This document shows positions 63,620 to 64,000 of a stretch of DNA of 64,000 nucleotides, piece after piece. The DNA lies in the NCBI RefSeq assembly GCF_018350175.1, contig NC_058368.1:33544001-33608000 (forward strand), in the 5' to 3' direction. The DNA is from Felis catus. Taxonomy: Eukaryota. The position numbers and the translations under genes are program-made. Each line of letters starts with the position of its first letter. Position 1 is the first letter of the stretch. The notes below the pieces were generated by a model, which did no database searches, was not told the origin of the DNA, and saw nothing but the letters and a program-made list of their open reading frames with translations.

Positions 63620-64000
63620 TTTAATACATCACCTCAATAAGAGAAAGGATAAAAACCATATGCTCATTTCAATAGATGCGTAAAAAGCATTTGACAAAGT
63701 ACAACATCCATTCATGATAAAAACTATCAACAAAGTACGTGGAGGGGGGAACATACTTCAACATAATAAAGGGCTTATATGAAAAATCCACAGCTAATAT
63801 ACTCAATGGGGAAAAACTGAGAGCTTTTCACCTAAGGTCAGGAACAAGGCAACAATGTCCTCTCTCACCACTTTTATTCAACACAGTACTGGATGTCCTA
63901 GCCACAGCAATCAACCAAAAGAAATAAAAACCATCCAAATTGACAAGTAAGGAGTAAAAATTTTACTATTTGAAGATGACATGATCCTCTAGGTAGAAAA
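63620..64000 (+). mobile_element. 5'-truncated LINE-1 ORF2 (RT domain), running off the window end
   Basis: ORF 63739 ([27 protein letters not shown]) is the L1 RT motif; LFEDDM at ~63966; stops present. Confidence 0.93.

Overview
This is AT-rich mammalian DNA from a felid, judged from about 18 Can-SINEs of the SINEC_Fc type and from carnivore/felid-type L1s. It is intergenic or deep-intronic and dominated by transposable elements. I found no intact protein-coding gene, rRNA, tRNA gene or CRISPR array. Almost every ORF in the track is a SINE, L1 or microsatellite by-product. The only recognisable gene-derived sequence is a near full-length, inactivated processed pseudogene of NUCKS1 (~4757-7237, +) carrying two SINE insertions. 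Other contents: a decayed full-length L1 with TSDs (19459-27182), several truncated, nested or 5'-inverted L1s, two solo ERV LTRs, MaLR/ERVL LTRs (MLT1, MLT2), DNA transposon relics (Tigger1 derivative, MER20, MER20B, MER5A), L2/MIR relics and microsatellites. I see no convincing novel biological system. The best leads are an L1 3' transduction, an unidentified structured ~255-bp retroposed insert, a tail-to-tail inverted SINE pair, a micro-inversion in a MER20, and CpG-retaining unique segments with minus-strand splice signals that may be exons of an unrecognised transcript. Repeat family names come from my recall of consensus sequences, not from a search, so subfamily calls and old-element boundaries are approximate.
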